64,000 nt of DNA from Paramoeba atlantica. Its lineage: Eukaryota; Protista; Discosea. Every line of letters begins with the position of its first letter. Positions within the stretch are counted from its first letter, which is position 1. The stretch covers positions 496,001-560,000 of the forward strand of contig CDRNVI010000039.1 in assembly GCA_977017575.1 (NCBI GenBank), given 5' to 3'. Positions 43,767 to 56,000 of this stretch are shown here, one piece after another. Position numbers and translations under genes: made by a program. The notes below the pieces were generated by a model. That model saw only the letters and a program-made list of their open reading frames with translations. It ran no database searches and had not been told where the DNA came from.

Positions 43767-43885
43767 GTATTTAATAAAAAAGTTGCAAAGCGGGACATGA
43801 TACGCAAATATATTCAGAATCAAAATCCTTACACGGGTTATACACACCCCTTATGGTAAATTTACCACTTTAGTACAGCTTTATA

Positions 43886-44479
43886 CAGGGGGGTGCACGA
43901 AAATATGGGGGGGATCAAAATTCTTATAACTCGTCCAATTTTGGAAAATAATAGCGCATTCGAGAGCTCTCACAGAGTTACGTGTCATGTGATAATACGT
44001 TTCCCGCATTTTTAATTTTTAAAAATAAAAAAAAAAAAAAAATATGATTTTTCAAAGTGAAAAATTCTACAGGTTTTTGAAAAAAATGCTTTTTTTTTGT
44101 GAATTTATCGACTTTTTTTGATCCTAATACAGTACTATGCCCCAGAAAAGGTGATATTCGAATAATAAAAAGGTGCAGAAACGGAGTAGATTTTGTTATT
44201 CGCCTTGTGGGCAACTTAAAGCATCTCACTGAGTGTTCCAACGCGTGTGAAAATTGTATTGGAGAAAAAAGGTGGAAATTGTGGATAATAACTTTTTTTT
44301 AACAAAAAAAAACTTGCAGTTTTTACGGTATTCAGGAGAATGCATATACCTGGAAAATACGTAAAAAGTAATATCACATGACACGTAACTCTGTGAGAGC
44401 TCTCGAATGCGCTGTTATTTATCAAAATTGGCCGAGTTATAAGAATTTTGACCCCCCCATATTTTCGTGCACCCCCCTG
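43886..44479. mobile_element. Tc1/mariner-type MITE, 594 bp, about 108-bp TIRs, TA TSD
   Basis: TA-CAGGGGGGTGCACGAAAATATGGGGGG...GAGTTACGTGTCATGTGATA (43886-43994) is mirrored at 44372-44479, followed by TA. The interior is AT-rich and non-coding. Confidence 0.9.
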
Positions 44480-44512
44480 TATCTTCCACGCAATTTACTT
44501 TGCACTATAGTA

Positions 44513-45223
44513 CTGTCACCCCCCCTTTATACTTCCGCCGGTTTCGGTACTTTTGGAAGTATAAAGAGGGGAGTCTGACTTTCGGAAGTATAAAGGGGGG
44601 GTCTGATTTTTTAAAAATCAGCGAAACAAATATTTTTGAAAAAGGGTCAAAAAAAATAAAAATGCTGTCATCCCTCCCAGTTCGCCAAGGAGTAGTTCGT
44701 TAAGTTTTTTGTATCTCGACATGTTTGTCCTTGTGCAAACCCCATCGCGCTTGCGACCACGATAGATTTATTCTTTTTCTGGAAAAATCCGACACCATTT
44801 TTCCGAATGGAGCGGATGGTTCGAGAGCAGACGCTGTACTTCTCGCTGATTTGTTGAGCACTGCTTTTCGGATGACACACATTCAACTTTTCCTACATTG
44901 TTGGTTTCTTTCCTCTATGGGGTGAACCGACGGACACTGGTAACGTCGCAGGCTCCGCGCTTGAAACTATTATTTCGTTGGGAGTCCCAACGCGATGAAG
45001 AGGGGGATAATGCTTAACTCATTGTGAGTAATGGCATGGGAAAAAATACGACAAACAAGTTTATATCTAGCGATACCTTTACACACATCTCTAACTTTTA
45101 ATACAAAAACAGGTGGAATTTTTTGACCGGAAGTATAAAGGGGGTGCTGATTTTTAGTCTGGATGAAAACGGAAGTATAAAGGGGGGGTTCACCCCCCTG
45201 AAGTATAAAGGGGGGGGTGACAG
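44513..45223 (-). mobile_element. pogo/Tigger-like non-autonomous element, copy 1 (711 bp), TA TSD
   Basis: TA-CTGTCACCCCCCC..TTTATACTTC ... GAAGTATAAAGGGGGG..GTGACAG-TA. Repeated GGAAGTATAAAGGGGG subterminal motifs. HTH remnant SAQQISEKYSVCSRTIRSIRKN on the minus strand. Confidence 0.85.
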
Positions 45224-46248
45224 TACTAAAGATGAGGGAGTGCGGGCGAGGGCGTAAATGAGATCACGCGAGTGATGACGTCAGATCACGTGAGATCATG
45301 GTACACCGAAATGACAGAACAGTAGTGACTCATGTGCCGCAAAGAGGCGCGATTTTTTTTTCAACGCCGTCGTGAGATCATGCAAGATCATACCAGCAGC
45401 TCCTCACGTAATTTAGCTGCTGTGCGCATGGAATGGCGGAACGATTCACCAGGAAAATTTTTCCTGGTGCCGGATTTTTCAAAAATCTGGCAACGTTTCC
45501 TTTGTCGTCGCTGTCTATTTCAAAATTTCAGAGAGGTTTAAAGAATTTCAAACAGGGGTTGAAGAAATGCCTCTCGCACTTCTTGTCCGTTGAGCTCGTT
45601 TGCAAAAAATTATATAAAAAGTGTAGCAACTGCATTGGACCAAATACAGTCTCCGGGTGGCCCATAGTGGACTAAGTGGCGCAAGACGACCCGCAGTGGC
45701 CTCAAAAATCGAGCGTCACCGGAGAATCGTGACGACATAGAGACAAACGGTGGAATTAAGCCAATATTGCACAAAAAAATCGTATGTTTTTTAATGATTT
45801 TCTTTTCCTTATTATTATTTTGGAAAACTATTAGGCATCCTTTGTTTAGCATTTTTTGGACCATTTTTGCTTTACGAGTGTCATTTCCGTATGTCTAGCG
45901 AAGGGGTTACTACGATTTGTGCATGGTGTTCAGATATTCCATGTGCTAGCACCATGGTCATGAAAAAAGTTGGAAAGTGCAATGGGTCACCAAAAAAACC
46001 ATCATAAATGCCCACGAATAAGATTATTTGAGGACATGCAACACTTCTATTTTGAGATAAATTTATGCTAGTTGATTTTATGGGCTTCGGAGAAAGAAAT
46101 GATTGATTTTCAATCGTGCTTTTGGAAAGTGTGCAATATTGGCTGAATCTGACCAGCCAAACTATTCTCTGATATGTATTAGCAAGCGATTCTCTGATAT
46201 TATATCAGACACGCTATACATGTATATCATACATGTATATAGCTATAC

Positions 46249-46842
46249 ATGTATATAGCGTGCATCGTTTTTGCACGGATTGAGAGAAATGCGTCAGCCA
46301 TAATAATAGCCGACAACACGCATCGTCTAAGTACACAGCACTGTGTGAACGTCCAAATTAAGGACGACCGGGAGAAGTATGCGGAAGCGTGCACCAGTGG
46401 TAAATATACCAGGAAGTGTAAGCCGTGCGTAGATGGGAAAATTGTTTCCTTTAAAGGATTATGCAATCATTTTTACAGTGCAAGATGCATACAGCGTACG
46501 AACGCGCGGGAAGCACTCCAAGAGGCGGTACGAGCCGAAAATCACAGAGTGAAAAGTGCTTCAAGAGAAGTTGAAATACAACGAATCGAGCGCGGAGACC
46601 CTTTGACTGTATTGTCATTTTCGTTCGCGGGCCAGATACTAAAAAATTCCAATGTTATGACACAAGCAAAGTTGGAAAACGATGGGGATAGAAAATTTTC
46701 TATCGAAAGACACCACCGTGGACACCACGCATTTCGTATCATGTTGGAGGACAAGATTTCTATGGTCCACCTCGTCGATAGGAAAGTCTCCTTGTACGCT
46801 AACGGAGGCGCTTCCACTTCTGATTTCACACAAGCTGTATAA
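46249..46842 (+). CDS. Orphan plus-strand ORF with a U1/matrin-like zinc finger, probably part of an insertion
   Basis: CKPC-x13-H-x5-C (CKPCVDGKIVSFKGLCNHFYSARC). The only long non-transposase ORF found against the cluster direction. Confidence 0.45.
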   Translation: MYIACIVFARIERNASAIIIADNTHRLSTQHCVNVQIKDDREKYAEACTSGKYTRKCKPCVDGKIVSFKGLCNHFYSARCIQRTNAREALQEAVRAENHRVKSASREVEIQRIERGDPLTVLSFSFAGQILKNSNVMTQAKLENDGDRKFSIERHHRGHHAFRIMLEDKISMVHLVDRKVSLYANGGASTSDFTQAV

Positions 46843-47324
46843 GCTATGTACGGACTGAAGGACCGCACACTACTACTACGCACGAGTGGGTACTACGCAC
46901 AGTACCCACTCAGGGGCAAACTGACTCAGAAAAATTTCTTGGGCCGGCTTCCTACATGATTTTCTGTGATCAAGAGTGACCCGAAAGTACGATACCATTT
47001 TCTGCGCTCAAATCATGGCTTTCTCGCTCCCTAGAGCACGGGACAGTACTAAACTGTGCCTACCAATGCCACGTTCAGGTATGCGGAAACATGCGCTGCA
47101 GCCGACACGGCTATACATGCGCTGGTCAAGGTATGCGCGGACTGTGTTTTTGGAAGCAAACATCATAGAGCCCAATTTTATAGGATTTCTTTTCTATGTT
47201 TATAAAATCGGAGAAAAAACGATTTTTCCTCGTTTATTTGTCTGGCGAAGACCCAAAGAATAAGACTGTCGGAGAAACAAAAGAGCTACTGTGTTATTTA
47301 TACCACAGACTTTTATACAACGGG

Positions 47325-48443
47325 CTAAAATACGCTTAGAAAGTATCTAAAGAATCGATACACTCCATTATGATCATCAGCATTGGTAGGAAAAAGTGTT
47401 CTCAGCAATAGGAAAATGGTTGATGAAGCTGTCGCCATGTTTGGAGAAACAGATGACACGCTCGATTCTCTCATAGATGATTTATATAATTTTTTCGCTA
47501 GGATCACCACAATTAAAGGCAGTACTCCGCTACGAGGCTTAGCTAATCGTTTGATTATCATGCTCGAAAAGTTTGAAAGCTTCCACCTCTGTCTACAGGT
47601 TGATATATTACGTGTTCTCTTCGTTGATTGAAAAGTTTGATCACCGTCAGGCCGGGGTGGTGTTTGAGCTGCAAGTATTGCGCGTAAAAACGCATCCTCA
47701 GACAAAAAACAAACGTTTTGCGATGCTTTATGCTGCATTAGACTGGCTTGTGATGCCCCTTTCGACTCCAAGACGGCCTTGTAATACTCGTCAAAGCGGC
47801 ACACATACGTGGCTTCGACTGCTTGTGTGTACTGAGCGTCAGAGAGTGGTAACAAAGTCCCGGGACGAGGTCCGACTTGGACTGCGAAACCTTGCAATGT
47901 GCATTTTTTGCGAAAAGGCCAAGTTCCGATGGTGTGTGTTCTGCAACCTTTTGAACGGTATCCAAACAAAGTGAAGTCAAAGTACTGCACTATGAGGTAT
48001 TGCGTTTTTGCCAAGGTCGAGAGTTGGGGAAGAAGAGCGGACGTTTCCCTTCCTCGTGCTTCGAGCATTTGTATGTATTTGTGAAACCCCAACACAAGTT
48101 CAGGACTGTGCAAAGAAATTGGATTTCCATCCGGAAGAAAAAAATTGCACATGAGTTCCGGAATAGGTCTCGATAAAAGAGGTACCCCATTCCTTTCAAA
48201 GCTTTCAGTGTTTTCTTGTATGTATTCCACAAGTCCTTTGTGACTTCCAGGAACTCGTGAAGGAATCCAATACTTTGGAGTTTGTCGCCAAAAAGTTTTT
48301 CTCAACGGCGTTAAATCATAACTAAACTGATTAATTCCAAACCAAGCTAATGGCACAAAAACACAGACAGCGGCCGTCCAGGAAGGTTTCAGAGATATTG
48401 GTAGATGTACTCCAATATTTTCGGTAATAGACTCACTGATCAT
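47325..48443 (-). CDS. Hypothetical protein with N-terminal transmembrane segment
   Basis: AAVCVFVPLAWFGINQF hydrophobic stretch. The last ~100 residues look less protein-like. Confidence 0.55.
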   Translation of the reverse strand: MISESITENIGVHLPISLKPSWTAAVCVFVPLAWFGINQFSYDLTPLRKTFWRQTPKYWIPSRVPGSHKGLVEYIQENTESFERNGVPLLSRPIPELMCNFFLPDGNPISLHSPELVLGFHKYIQMLEARGRETSALLPQLSTLAKTQYLIVQYFDFTLFGYRSKGCRTHTIGTWPFRKKCTLQGFAVQVGPRPGTLLPLSDAQYTQAVEATYVCRFDEYYKAVLESKGASQASLMQHKASQNVCFLSEDAFLRAILAAQTPPRPDGDQTFQSTKRTRNISTCRQRWKLSNFSSMIIKRLAKPRSGVLPLIVVILAKKLYKSSMRESSVSSVSPNMATASSTIFLLLRTLFPTNADDHNGVYRFFRYFLSVF

Positions 48444-48833
48444 GTGCAGTCAGACAAAGGAATAACGCCATCAAACACAAATACTAAAAAATCGAAAACT
48501 ATGATAGGATCATAACAAGTTATTAATCCGGTATACTCCTTTTAGAGGTACGCTAAACTTCGCTACCCGACTCTCAAAACACACCTACACATTACTTTTC
48601 TCTAATACATTGCAAAAAGAAGCACATTGCTATCCAACTATTGGAAGTTTTACTAAAAATAATACGAGCTCGCAAGCCTCAGGTTTATTATCCTAGCGCC
48701 CAAGACAATTTCCTGACGTCTACTTCGGACATTCTACTTTCATACCAGGAATGTATATTGCGTCATGTATTACGCAAAACAAAAAGATCAGTCTTGGCTT
48801 TCAGTCATACCAAGAATGAGTTTAAGAAGGCGT

Positions 48834-51788
48834 CTAAATCTCTTCCCTAGGCTCATGCTTTTCAGGCAAAATCAAGGAAGTGTCCTGCGTATTTGCTTCT
48901 CTAGTGGGGGACGCTGCGCGTAGCATCATATAGTGCTGATATTCCTGTAAAACGCAATATACGGTGTCAGCTTTTTCTAGTCTCTGAAGCCAAGATACTG
49001 TTTCCTTCAGAACAGAATCGTTCTTGTAGTCAAATTTCCACGAAGGGACAGGGTAGGCGTTCCGCACGTTTAGTACATAAGACGCGGGAGTATCATCGAT
49101 GATAAAAACGCTACTAAGGTCCCCAAAATGAATGTCCCGTAGTTTATGCAGAAGATCTTTTACATAAGACGCATGTAGACCTGGGCCTGAAAACTTTGTA
49201 CAATGTTCCCGGCTAAAAATTCTCAGAGGCGAGAACTCTGGATACACATGCTGCTGTACCAATTTTATCACTTTGTCAGCGTATTGCGTCGTCCCTGCGG
49301 TAAAGACTGCGACATGAAATTGTGATACCATGTATTCCAAAAATGACCGCAGATGGGGACGAAAGTGGAGGTAGAACCACTCTGACTCGCTTGTTCTAAG
49401 CACAATGGACGACCTAGCTTCCATTTTTCTAGTTGTGTGTAATATGGTGTGGTCAAGATCCAGCACAAGGAGCTTACGTTGTGGTCTACCCCTTGACACC
49501 CGGAAGCCCTGTTCGGAGTCTTCTTTTCGTGTAAGAGAATCCCCTAGGTTCATAATATCAAGTCCTGGTGTGTACAAAAGCTCCGACTTGGCGCGGAGCG
49601 GAGGTGACCAGCTTGCTCCTTGTCTCTCTTTTGTAAGAAAAGATGTTGTACTTTGTGAATGAGTTAGAGCTGGGGAGGCAAATAAACGACCGAAAATAGG
49701 GGAAGACAGCGAAAGCGGGTTACTAAGCTCCTTGCGTACGTGCTCTAAAGAAGACTCCAAAATGCATCTCTTATCCTCAGGTAAGTCTGGCAACACAAGG
49801 TGGAATTGTATATTAGGAGAAAGTGAATTCACCATTTCGATTCCCTGTAATCTTAAGAAGGCGACGGCTAGCATCCTCGGGAGTTGCGCTATGGCTGAAA
49901 AATACGCTGAATCTGCCTGTAAATCGATTTCGTGCATACGATGCCCAAGCTTGTAAGTTAATAATTTTTGTACACGAAATGTAACTGTGCAAAGTCGTGC
50001 TTCTTCGTGATGTTGTGCATATTGATGAGCTTGCCTGACCATACGAAGTAGTGCTACGTCGACAGTTTTTTGTAGAGCTATTTCCATTGCCAAATTTTTG
50101 GTTGATCGATCTGCCGTTCCAAAGATGTTATCAATTTCTATGCCACAAGACATTTCTCTTCGATGAATTCCAAAATCGGGGAGTGTGGTGAATCCAACCT
50201 GAGGTGTTTCGTTCATACTACTGACGATGTCTGACATCGACAATGGGGCATCCACCTCTTCCTCTCCGATCGGAGAGGGAATTTCATCTTCGTGCTTTTC
50301 CATTGGTACATTTTGCGGAGAAGTATCAATCAAACCGTGCTTAGAGTCTGTCGAGCTCTTCTTGGACTCGTACACCAAAAGCTCGGATAACAGCACATCA
50401 TCTTCTATCTGACTTACCCGAACCTTTTGTTGAACGAAATTTCGCACGTGCGCATTTGTCTTAAGCTCCACATTTTTCGGATCGGCAAGAGCAGCACATA
50501 ATCTCTCCTTCCATTGATGCAGAAAATGTTTCTTATTAGAGGATTCGTCTATTCCAGATTCTTCCAGGTGCACTGATGGACGAACGCGTATCAATTCAAC
50601 TATAAATGGGGGCCGTCTTTGTAAGAGATCCATGTATTGAGCGACCGTTTTAGTGATGCCTCCTATCATCATGTCGATTCCCACTTCAGAATCCAGTTCT
50701 GTACCTGCCTGCGAAAAATCTTCTGTCTTATCCTCATGAGGGGCAAATAGGTAAATTTTCAAAACTTCTACCCAAGGATTCGTGATGTAAAGGCTGAGCA
50801 AGTGACTTAGACGAGTCGTCAGTGCAAAAAAGGAAGTTCGTTTCATTAAGTTCGCGAACACGCAGGGCGCAATGTCGTCATACAGACTATCCTGATATAA
50901 GGTCTCCGGTTTCACAACTTCTGGTGCTGTGGCGAACTCCATAGATTCTTCCCATTGAAGCTCTATCTTTTCCAAAAAGCGTTGCACATGCAGAACAACA
51001 TCTTGCACTTTCATGCCCGCTGGTTTATCACTGTGCACATGGGTATCTCGCGCTTCGGTAAGCCGGACCATCGAGTGCAGGGTGTTATCTACGGGATGGC
51101 TTGGCTTTTTTACGGTCATTGGCAGTTGGTGAACTGTTCCATTGGGTTGTGTACCATGTGGTCCTGAAGTTTCGGTTTCTTTCCATGCATGCACCATGCG
51201 AGGCGTGCTGACTGTACGGAGTTTTTTACTCCTCATTTTAGGTCGCGATGATTCCATGGCAACAGTATTCCCTTTATGGGAAATATTTCTAGACAGGACC
51301 GGCGGAAACGACTTCGTGGGAAGTATTGGTGTTGGCGAAACGGATGGTAGATTGCCCAATGAGGGAACAGTGTCTCTCTCTATGTTGCTGAATTCGAATA
51401 ATGCGGATTGTGTGGTAATCGGATGTACTTTCTCCACATCACGTTTGATTGCCGAATTTAACTGGGAGAGTGATCGATCTATGTTTGAGGAATCTTCAGT
51501 TTGCATATGGTCCATGGTGTCGGAACTTTTGGAAGGTTTAGCGTATGATTTTTCCCCTTCAGCGGAATATCGTGTTATCGAATTGCTGTGACAATGTGTT
51601 CGGGCAGAAAATCTTCGCCTCTTTGTATCTCTATGCTCCAGAGGAGTGCGGTTGACGGAATCCTCGTCTGAATTCCTGACATAAGGAACGTGCCATTGCG
51701 CGCCCGATAAACTTGACAATCCTCTCTTTGTTAAGCAGTACTCACTTGAGGACAAAACAATCAAGGAGAACAAGAATATTGATACCAT
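48834..51788 (-). CDS. NIF/FCP1-SCP family HAD phosphatase with long N-terminal extension
   Basis: RKLLVLDLDHTILH (DxDxT), FRPHLRSFL, VAVFTAG..YADKVI, FSREHC, YVKDL and VFIIDDTP. Confidence 0.85.
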   Translation of the reverse strand: MVSIFLFSLIVLSSSEYCLTKRGLSSLSGAQWHVPYVRNSDEDSVNRTPLEHRDTKRRRFSARTHCHSNSITRYSAEGEKSYAKPSKSSDTMDHMQTEDSSNIDRSLSQLNSAIKRDVEKVHPITTQSALFEFSNIERDTVPSLGNLPSVSPTPILPTKSFPPVLSRNISHKGNTVAMESSRPKMRSKKLRTVSTPRMVHAWKETETSGPHGTQPNGTVHQLPMTVKKPSHPVDNTLHSMVRLTEARDTHVHSDKPAGMKVQDVVLHVQRFLEKIELQWEESMEFATAPEVVKPETLYQDSLYDDIAPCVFANLMKRTSFFALTTRLSHLLSLYITNPWVEVLKIYLFAPHEDKTEDFSQAGTELDSEVGIDMMIGGITKTVAQYMDLLQRRPPFIVELIRVRPSVHLEESGIDESSNKKHFLHQWKERLCAALADPKNVELKTNAHVRNFVQQKVRVSQIEDDVLLSELLVYESKKSSTDSKHGLIDTSPQNVPMEKHEDEIPSPIGEEEVDAPLSMSDIVSSMNETPQVGFTTLPDFGIHRREMSCGIEIDNIFGTADRSTKNLAMEIALQKTVDVALLRMVRQAHQYAQHHEEARLCTVTFRVQKLLTYKLGHRMHEIDLQADSAYFSAIAQLPRMLAVAFLRLQGIEMVNSLSPNIQFHLVLPDLPEDKRCILESSLEHVRKELSNPLSLSSPIFGRLFASPALTHSQSTTSFLTKERQGASWSPPLRAKSELLYTPGLDIMNLGDSLTRKEDSEQGFRVSRGRPQRKLLVLDLDHTILHTTRKMEARSSIVLRTSESEWFYLHFRPHLRSFLEYMVSQFHVAVFTAGTTQYADKVIKLVQQHVYPEFSPLRIFSREHCTKFSGPGLHASYVKDLLHKLRDIHFGDLSSVFIIDDTPASYVLNVRNAYPVPSWKFDYKNDSVLKETVSWLQRLEKADTVYCVLQEYQHYMMLRAASPTREANTQDTSLILPEKHEPREEI

Positions 51789-52117
51789 AGTGCTACTTCG
51801 ATGTCTCACGGACGATGTTCTGCCGCACTACTAGTTGCATAAGCGAGAAGGCGTAAATACCAAGATGTTCAAAGGTAAAAGTTTCTAAATGAATAAAATA
51901 AAACTTCATGGTAGTTTTGAAGTAATGTGACTGGATTCTATTATCCAATTATTTTTGGGAACTCAAGAAAAATTGGTGTGCAAGACATTACCCTGATCTA
52001 CGTACAGGTTATAAATGCTGATCAAAAATATAGCCACTTGTTGTCTGAATCTTTCGTTGTCCTGCATCGCAATTATTTTTTGTGCATCAGCACAAAAATT
52101 CGAAATGCGGACGTCAT

Positions 52118-52834
52118 TCAAAGAAGCACAGATTGTATGCCACGTCTGGCAAGAGGACGAATATTCAGAGAGCGAAGGAGTGCTATTTGTGATTCTGAGA
52201 GGGAAGGCAGTCGAAATCCGGCGTACAAATAGACAGGTTTGGAAAATACTGCTTTCCAAAGAGCCGTGCCTCTTTCATCCTTCGAATTTTGTTGATAGTG
52301 ATGGAACCACAAGGTCTCCGCATGCCACTTTCTTATATCCTTAACTTCGAAACCATTCCAGGTAGTGAAAAAGGCGCTAGCTTTCTCACCCCTCAATAGG
52401 CCGTCTGGAAAGCTATTATTGGACACGTGAACACGCCACGAATCGGGAAGTGTATTGTTAAATTTATCGAGGAGATTAAACTCAGTAAAGTGGACGCGTA
52501 CCTTATTCTGCTTTGAAAACACTAACCCTTTGTCTAATTCTGATATTTGAAAAGGTTCTATAGGATAGGCGTTGCATATCGCCAAGGCAACTTCGTAGGT
52601 GCGATAATTCCAAGTGTATCTGTTTGGCATATTGTATACATATTCCGGCCGGTGGTATTTCTTAAGCTCTTCGAGGGTTTCTATAAAATAGCGATTGTCA
52701 TGTACCACTGCTTTATTTAGCACGTGCAAGCTACTGAACGCGCGTTCATCCATATTTCTCGTTAGCGTCCTGCCCGGGGAGGCAGGGTCTCTTACAGTAA
52801 TCTCAACATAGTCCCCGATTGCGATTGAACCCAT
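52118..52834 (-). CDS. Hypothetical protein
   Basis: 238-aa globular-looking ORF with ATG, in cluster orientation. No family recognised. Confidence 0.6.
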   Translation of the reverse strand: MGSIAIGDYVEITVRDPASPGRTLTRNMDERAFSSLHVLNKAVVHDNRYFIETLEELKKYHRPEYVYNMPNRYTWNYRTYEVALAICNAYPIEPFQISELDKGLVFSKQNKVRVHFTEFNLLDKFNNTLPDSWRVHVSNNSFPDGLLRGEKASAFFTTWNGFEVKDIRKWHAETLWFHHYQQNSKDERGTALWKAVFSKPVYLYAGFRLPSLSESQIALLRSLNIRPLARRGIQSVLL

Positions 52835-53034
52835 TTTCTAGAAATTGTACGAAACTATTTTTTCATTAAAATGAGTAGCGCTACACTTAAAACCCGATTC
52901 AGTCATTGATTTCGAATGTAGTCCATGCAATTGCTATCAATAAATAAGAAATTTAAATGCGAAAAATAAACATTTAGTGTTCGGCAATAATTAGAGATAT
53001 GCAAGGAAGAGTGCAATAAGATTCAAAAAATCTG

Positions 53035-56000
53035 TTACACGACATTCATTTGTTCCAAAAACGAACATTTTTCGTTGTACGCGCCATTTAGATAAGAAGA
53101 AGTGAGCTGCATTTTCAGTACTGAATTTCTTTCACTTTTTGTTTCAACTTCCTGAACAGTTTGTCGCATTGCTTGATTTAAAATAAGAAACTTTTCCTTT
53201 TCCAGTGCATACTCCATCACAAGCTTTGAATGACATCCCAACATGAAATTTTTCCTTGTCGTGACGAACTCGAGGAAAGCGTTTCCATCCAACTTTAGTT
53301 CCAACCGAAGGGCGCGCCGAAGCTTCGAAAGTGAATTCCTCTCGGACAGCAACAACACTATTTCAGAGTTCTGTTCTTTGCAGTTCGGGCAGCGCGAAAA
53401 TTGTCCCCTTTGACATTCGGCATCCTGCCACACGGAACCACAAGTCTGACAAGTGCGTTCGCTTTTCTCGCTACAGCACAAATTATGTACCCCCAGAGAT
53501 TCGCCACAACGAAGTTGTTTATAGTGCGGCACACTTTCATACGTAAATTCCTTCTCCAAGATGTTATATCCGGTCAGCACGTGGTCACCTTCACAGCCCA
53601 TTGACAACAAAACGGGAACTTCGCACTTTCCACAGCTTTCCCCGCATGATTTAAAGCACACGTGGTTGCAAGAGGGAAAGGAGCGACCACAGGGGTAGGG
53701 ACAGCGTTCTGTGGCACACAATCCGTTGCATTCCCTACACAGGCGTGTACAGATGTGGGACATCTCTTTTAAACTGCTCTCCCCGTGCGAACCAGAGTTG
53801 CCATATCCCTCGCAGGAGTATGAACGTCCACACATTCGATTACAAAAGGTGACGCGCTCCGGGAATTCAACTATGAGATAATCTCGTGAATGTCTTGTGT
53901 CCTTATGGAGAGGAGAAGCGAGTTCTTCAGTAGCGTCCAGAAACACTGGGAAAAAGGATTGCTTTGGGTGTCGAATGCATCGGAGGTAAAGAGCAGGACT
54001 TACATAAGTGGAAATCCAATGCTTAGCTCTCGCGAGAGCTGTTTCGGAGTCGGGGACTGTTCCCCGGCTCTTAGATGGAGGAAATCGGGATGGGCAGAGG
54101 TGCGCTCTTTGCCAGCGTTTACTACAAACCACAAAGGCAGCTTTCCTTGCCGTGCGAAACAGAATTGAAATCCATTGTATAGTGTGGTGTGACGCAGAGT
54201 CCTCGACATGTAGCACAATGGCATCGGTGGCGTGCATTCTTTGTTGGAAAAAGTTCCGGATGGCTATCTTGGGAGATTGTATCTCACTTTCCAAGCTTTG
54301 TGCCACGAACTTCTGCCCGATTAAGGCAACAGTCTCGAAGGCCTCACACTTAGCTAAGTAAACGCTTAACTGCGAAGCCATTTTCCAAGAAACTGTGTCA
54401 TCAGATGCAGCACAAGTCCAAATCAAAATGTTTCCAAGAGAACTAGGAATAGCTGTTGGTTCTATAGACGCTATTTGCGCAGGTGGTCGCGCACGAATGT
54501 CATTATTTTCATATTTCATGTTCAAATCCACATCCGAAGAGAACCACACCTCAAATGAACGGAGAAAACGACTTATTGAAGGTGCAATGTCAATTTGATG
54601 GTCCACAGAACCTTTTCGAAAATCTGACGACGATTCTGAATATTTTTGTTCGGACACTTTTGTGGTCAATGAAGACTTGAAGACTAAATCACAACCACTG
54701 GATTCTAATTTCTGATTTCTTATTTGCTTGGGACGAAACAACGGCTCGAGGCTGGATACTGACAGAGGAGAGTACGTGAGGTTTACCATTACTAAGCAAG
54801 GTCTTAGTACTCGACTCATCGACAGTGAATGTGACATAAACAAATCGACGTAAGGGACCTCGAAAATAGTGGGAGATTTCATAATTCGGCTGGCGGCAAG
54901 CCTCTTGAAACCAAGCTCTTCAACAACCCCATGTAACGAATGTTGCTCCTTTTTGACTGCCTCATACCATTCCCTTAGTCTGTGCGCATAATGAGCAAGA
55001 CATAATTCGAAAAATGCTATTTTATCTTCCATTTTCTCACTCTTTGAAGGAAACAATGGAAGCGGAGGCAACACCGTTGAACTTGAAGGCACTGGAGGTA
55101 TGCAAAACAAAGGAGAAACGTTTAATTCGGAATAATTACAAGCATGATCGATATCACTTGTTGCATGTAACCACGAGAAAAGGGCTTGTTCACTTACTTC
55201 TCCCATGTGTTCGATAGCCTGACCCTTGGGTATTACACATCTAATGGCATTGATCAGGAACATAAATTCGTCGTTCGAGGGTTGTGATGTCAACTCGATG
55301 CAACTTCCCCACAGACTCTTTCCTATTTCATTTCTTAATTTCATTAAGGAATGTCCGTATCTGTCGAGATATGGATGTCTAGAAGTCAATCTAAAGCTTT
55401 CGAACATTTCTTCATCGTAAGTAAAAGGATCGGGAATAACGTTGTCTTTTCGGAGCTCAGCCATATCACAGATCTCCGCGTCGCATTGTGTCGCGTCTTG
55501 CGCTCGTTCGACTACTCGAATAAAAGTCATTTCATGCTGTAGATTGTCCATTTGTTCCATTGTTTGCACTAATTCAGAAGAATGTTTCAGAGCGCATGAT
55601 AGCGTTTTGGTCTCTGATATTAGTTTAACAGAAGAAGATGTCTTTTTAGCTACGAGCGGAAGTTGCCGGCGAGCTGCCCTCCATCGATCATGGACAGTCC
55701 TTATATTATATCTCCTGTTTGGGCAGCGATTACTCTCCCCGGCTTGGCTGATATGCTGATCCTCATCATTACTTGCACTATGATCATCTACTTTGTTCAT
55801 CACGTCTGCATTATCTAATTGGAAATCGGAGTCTTTATCGGACGACTGCCTCTCATTATTTGCGCACGATCCATTTTCCTGTACGACCCAAGTATGTCTT
55901 CTTAATACTGGCGCGAGCACATCTTCTTCCTCTATTAAAAGACAGCGCAATTCATAATCCGATCCTGGTAAATGTTTATCACATTTGCCCTCAGAGTTTA

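Noticed and set aside
46700-46745. HRGHHAFRI in the orphan ORF, resembling the tyrosine-recombinase GHSFRI box of DIRS/VIPER elements
   Set aside because: It needs an insertion to align, and no other catalytic residues or domain length support it.
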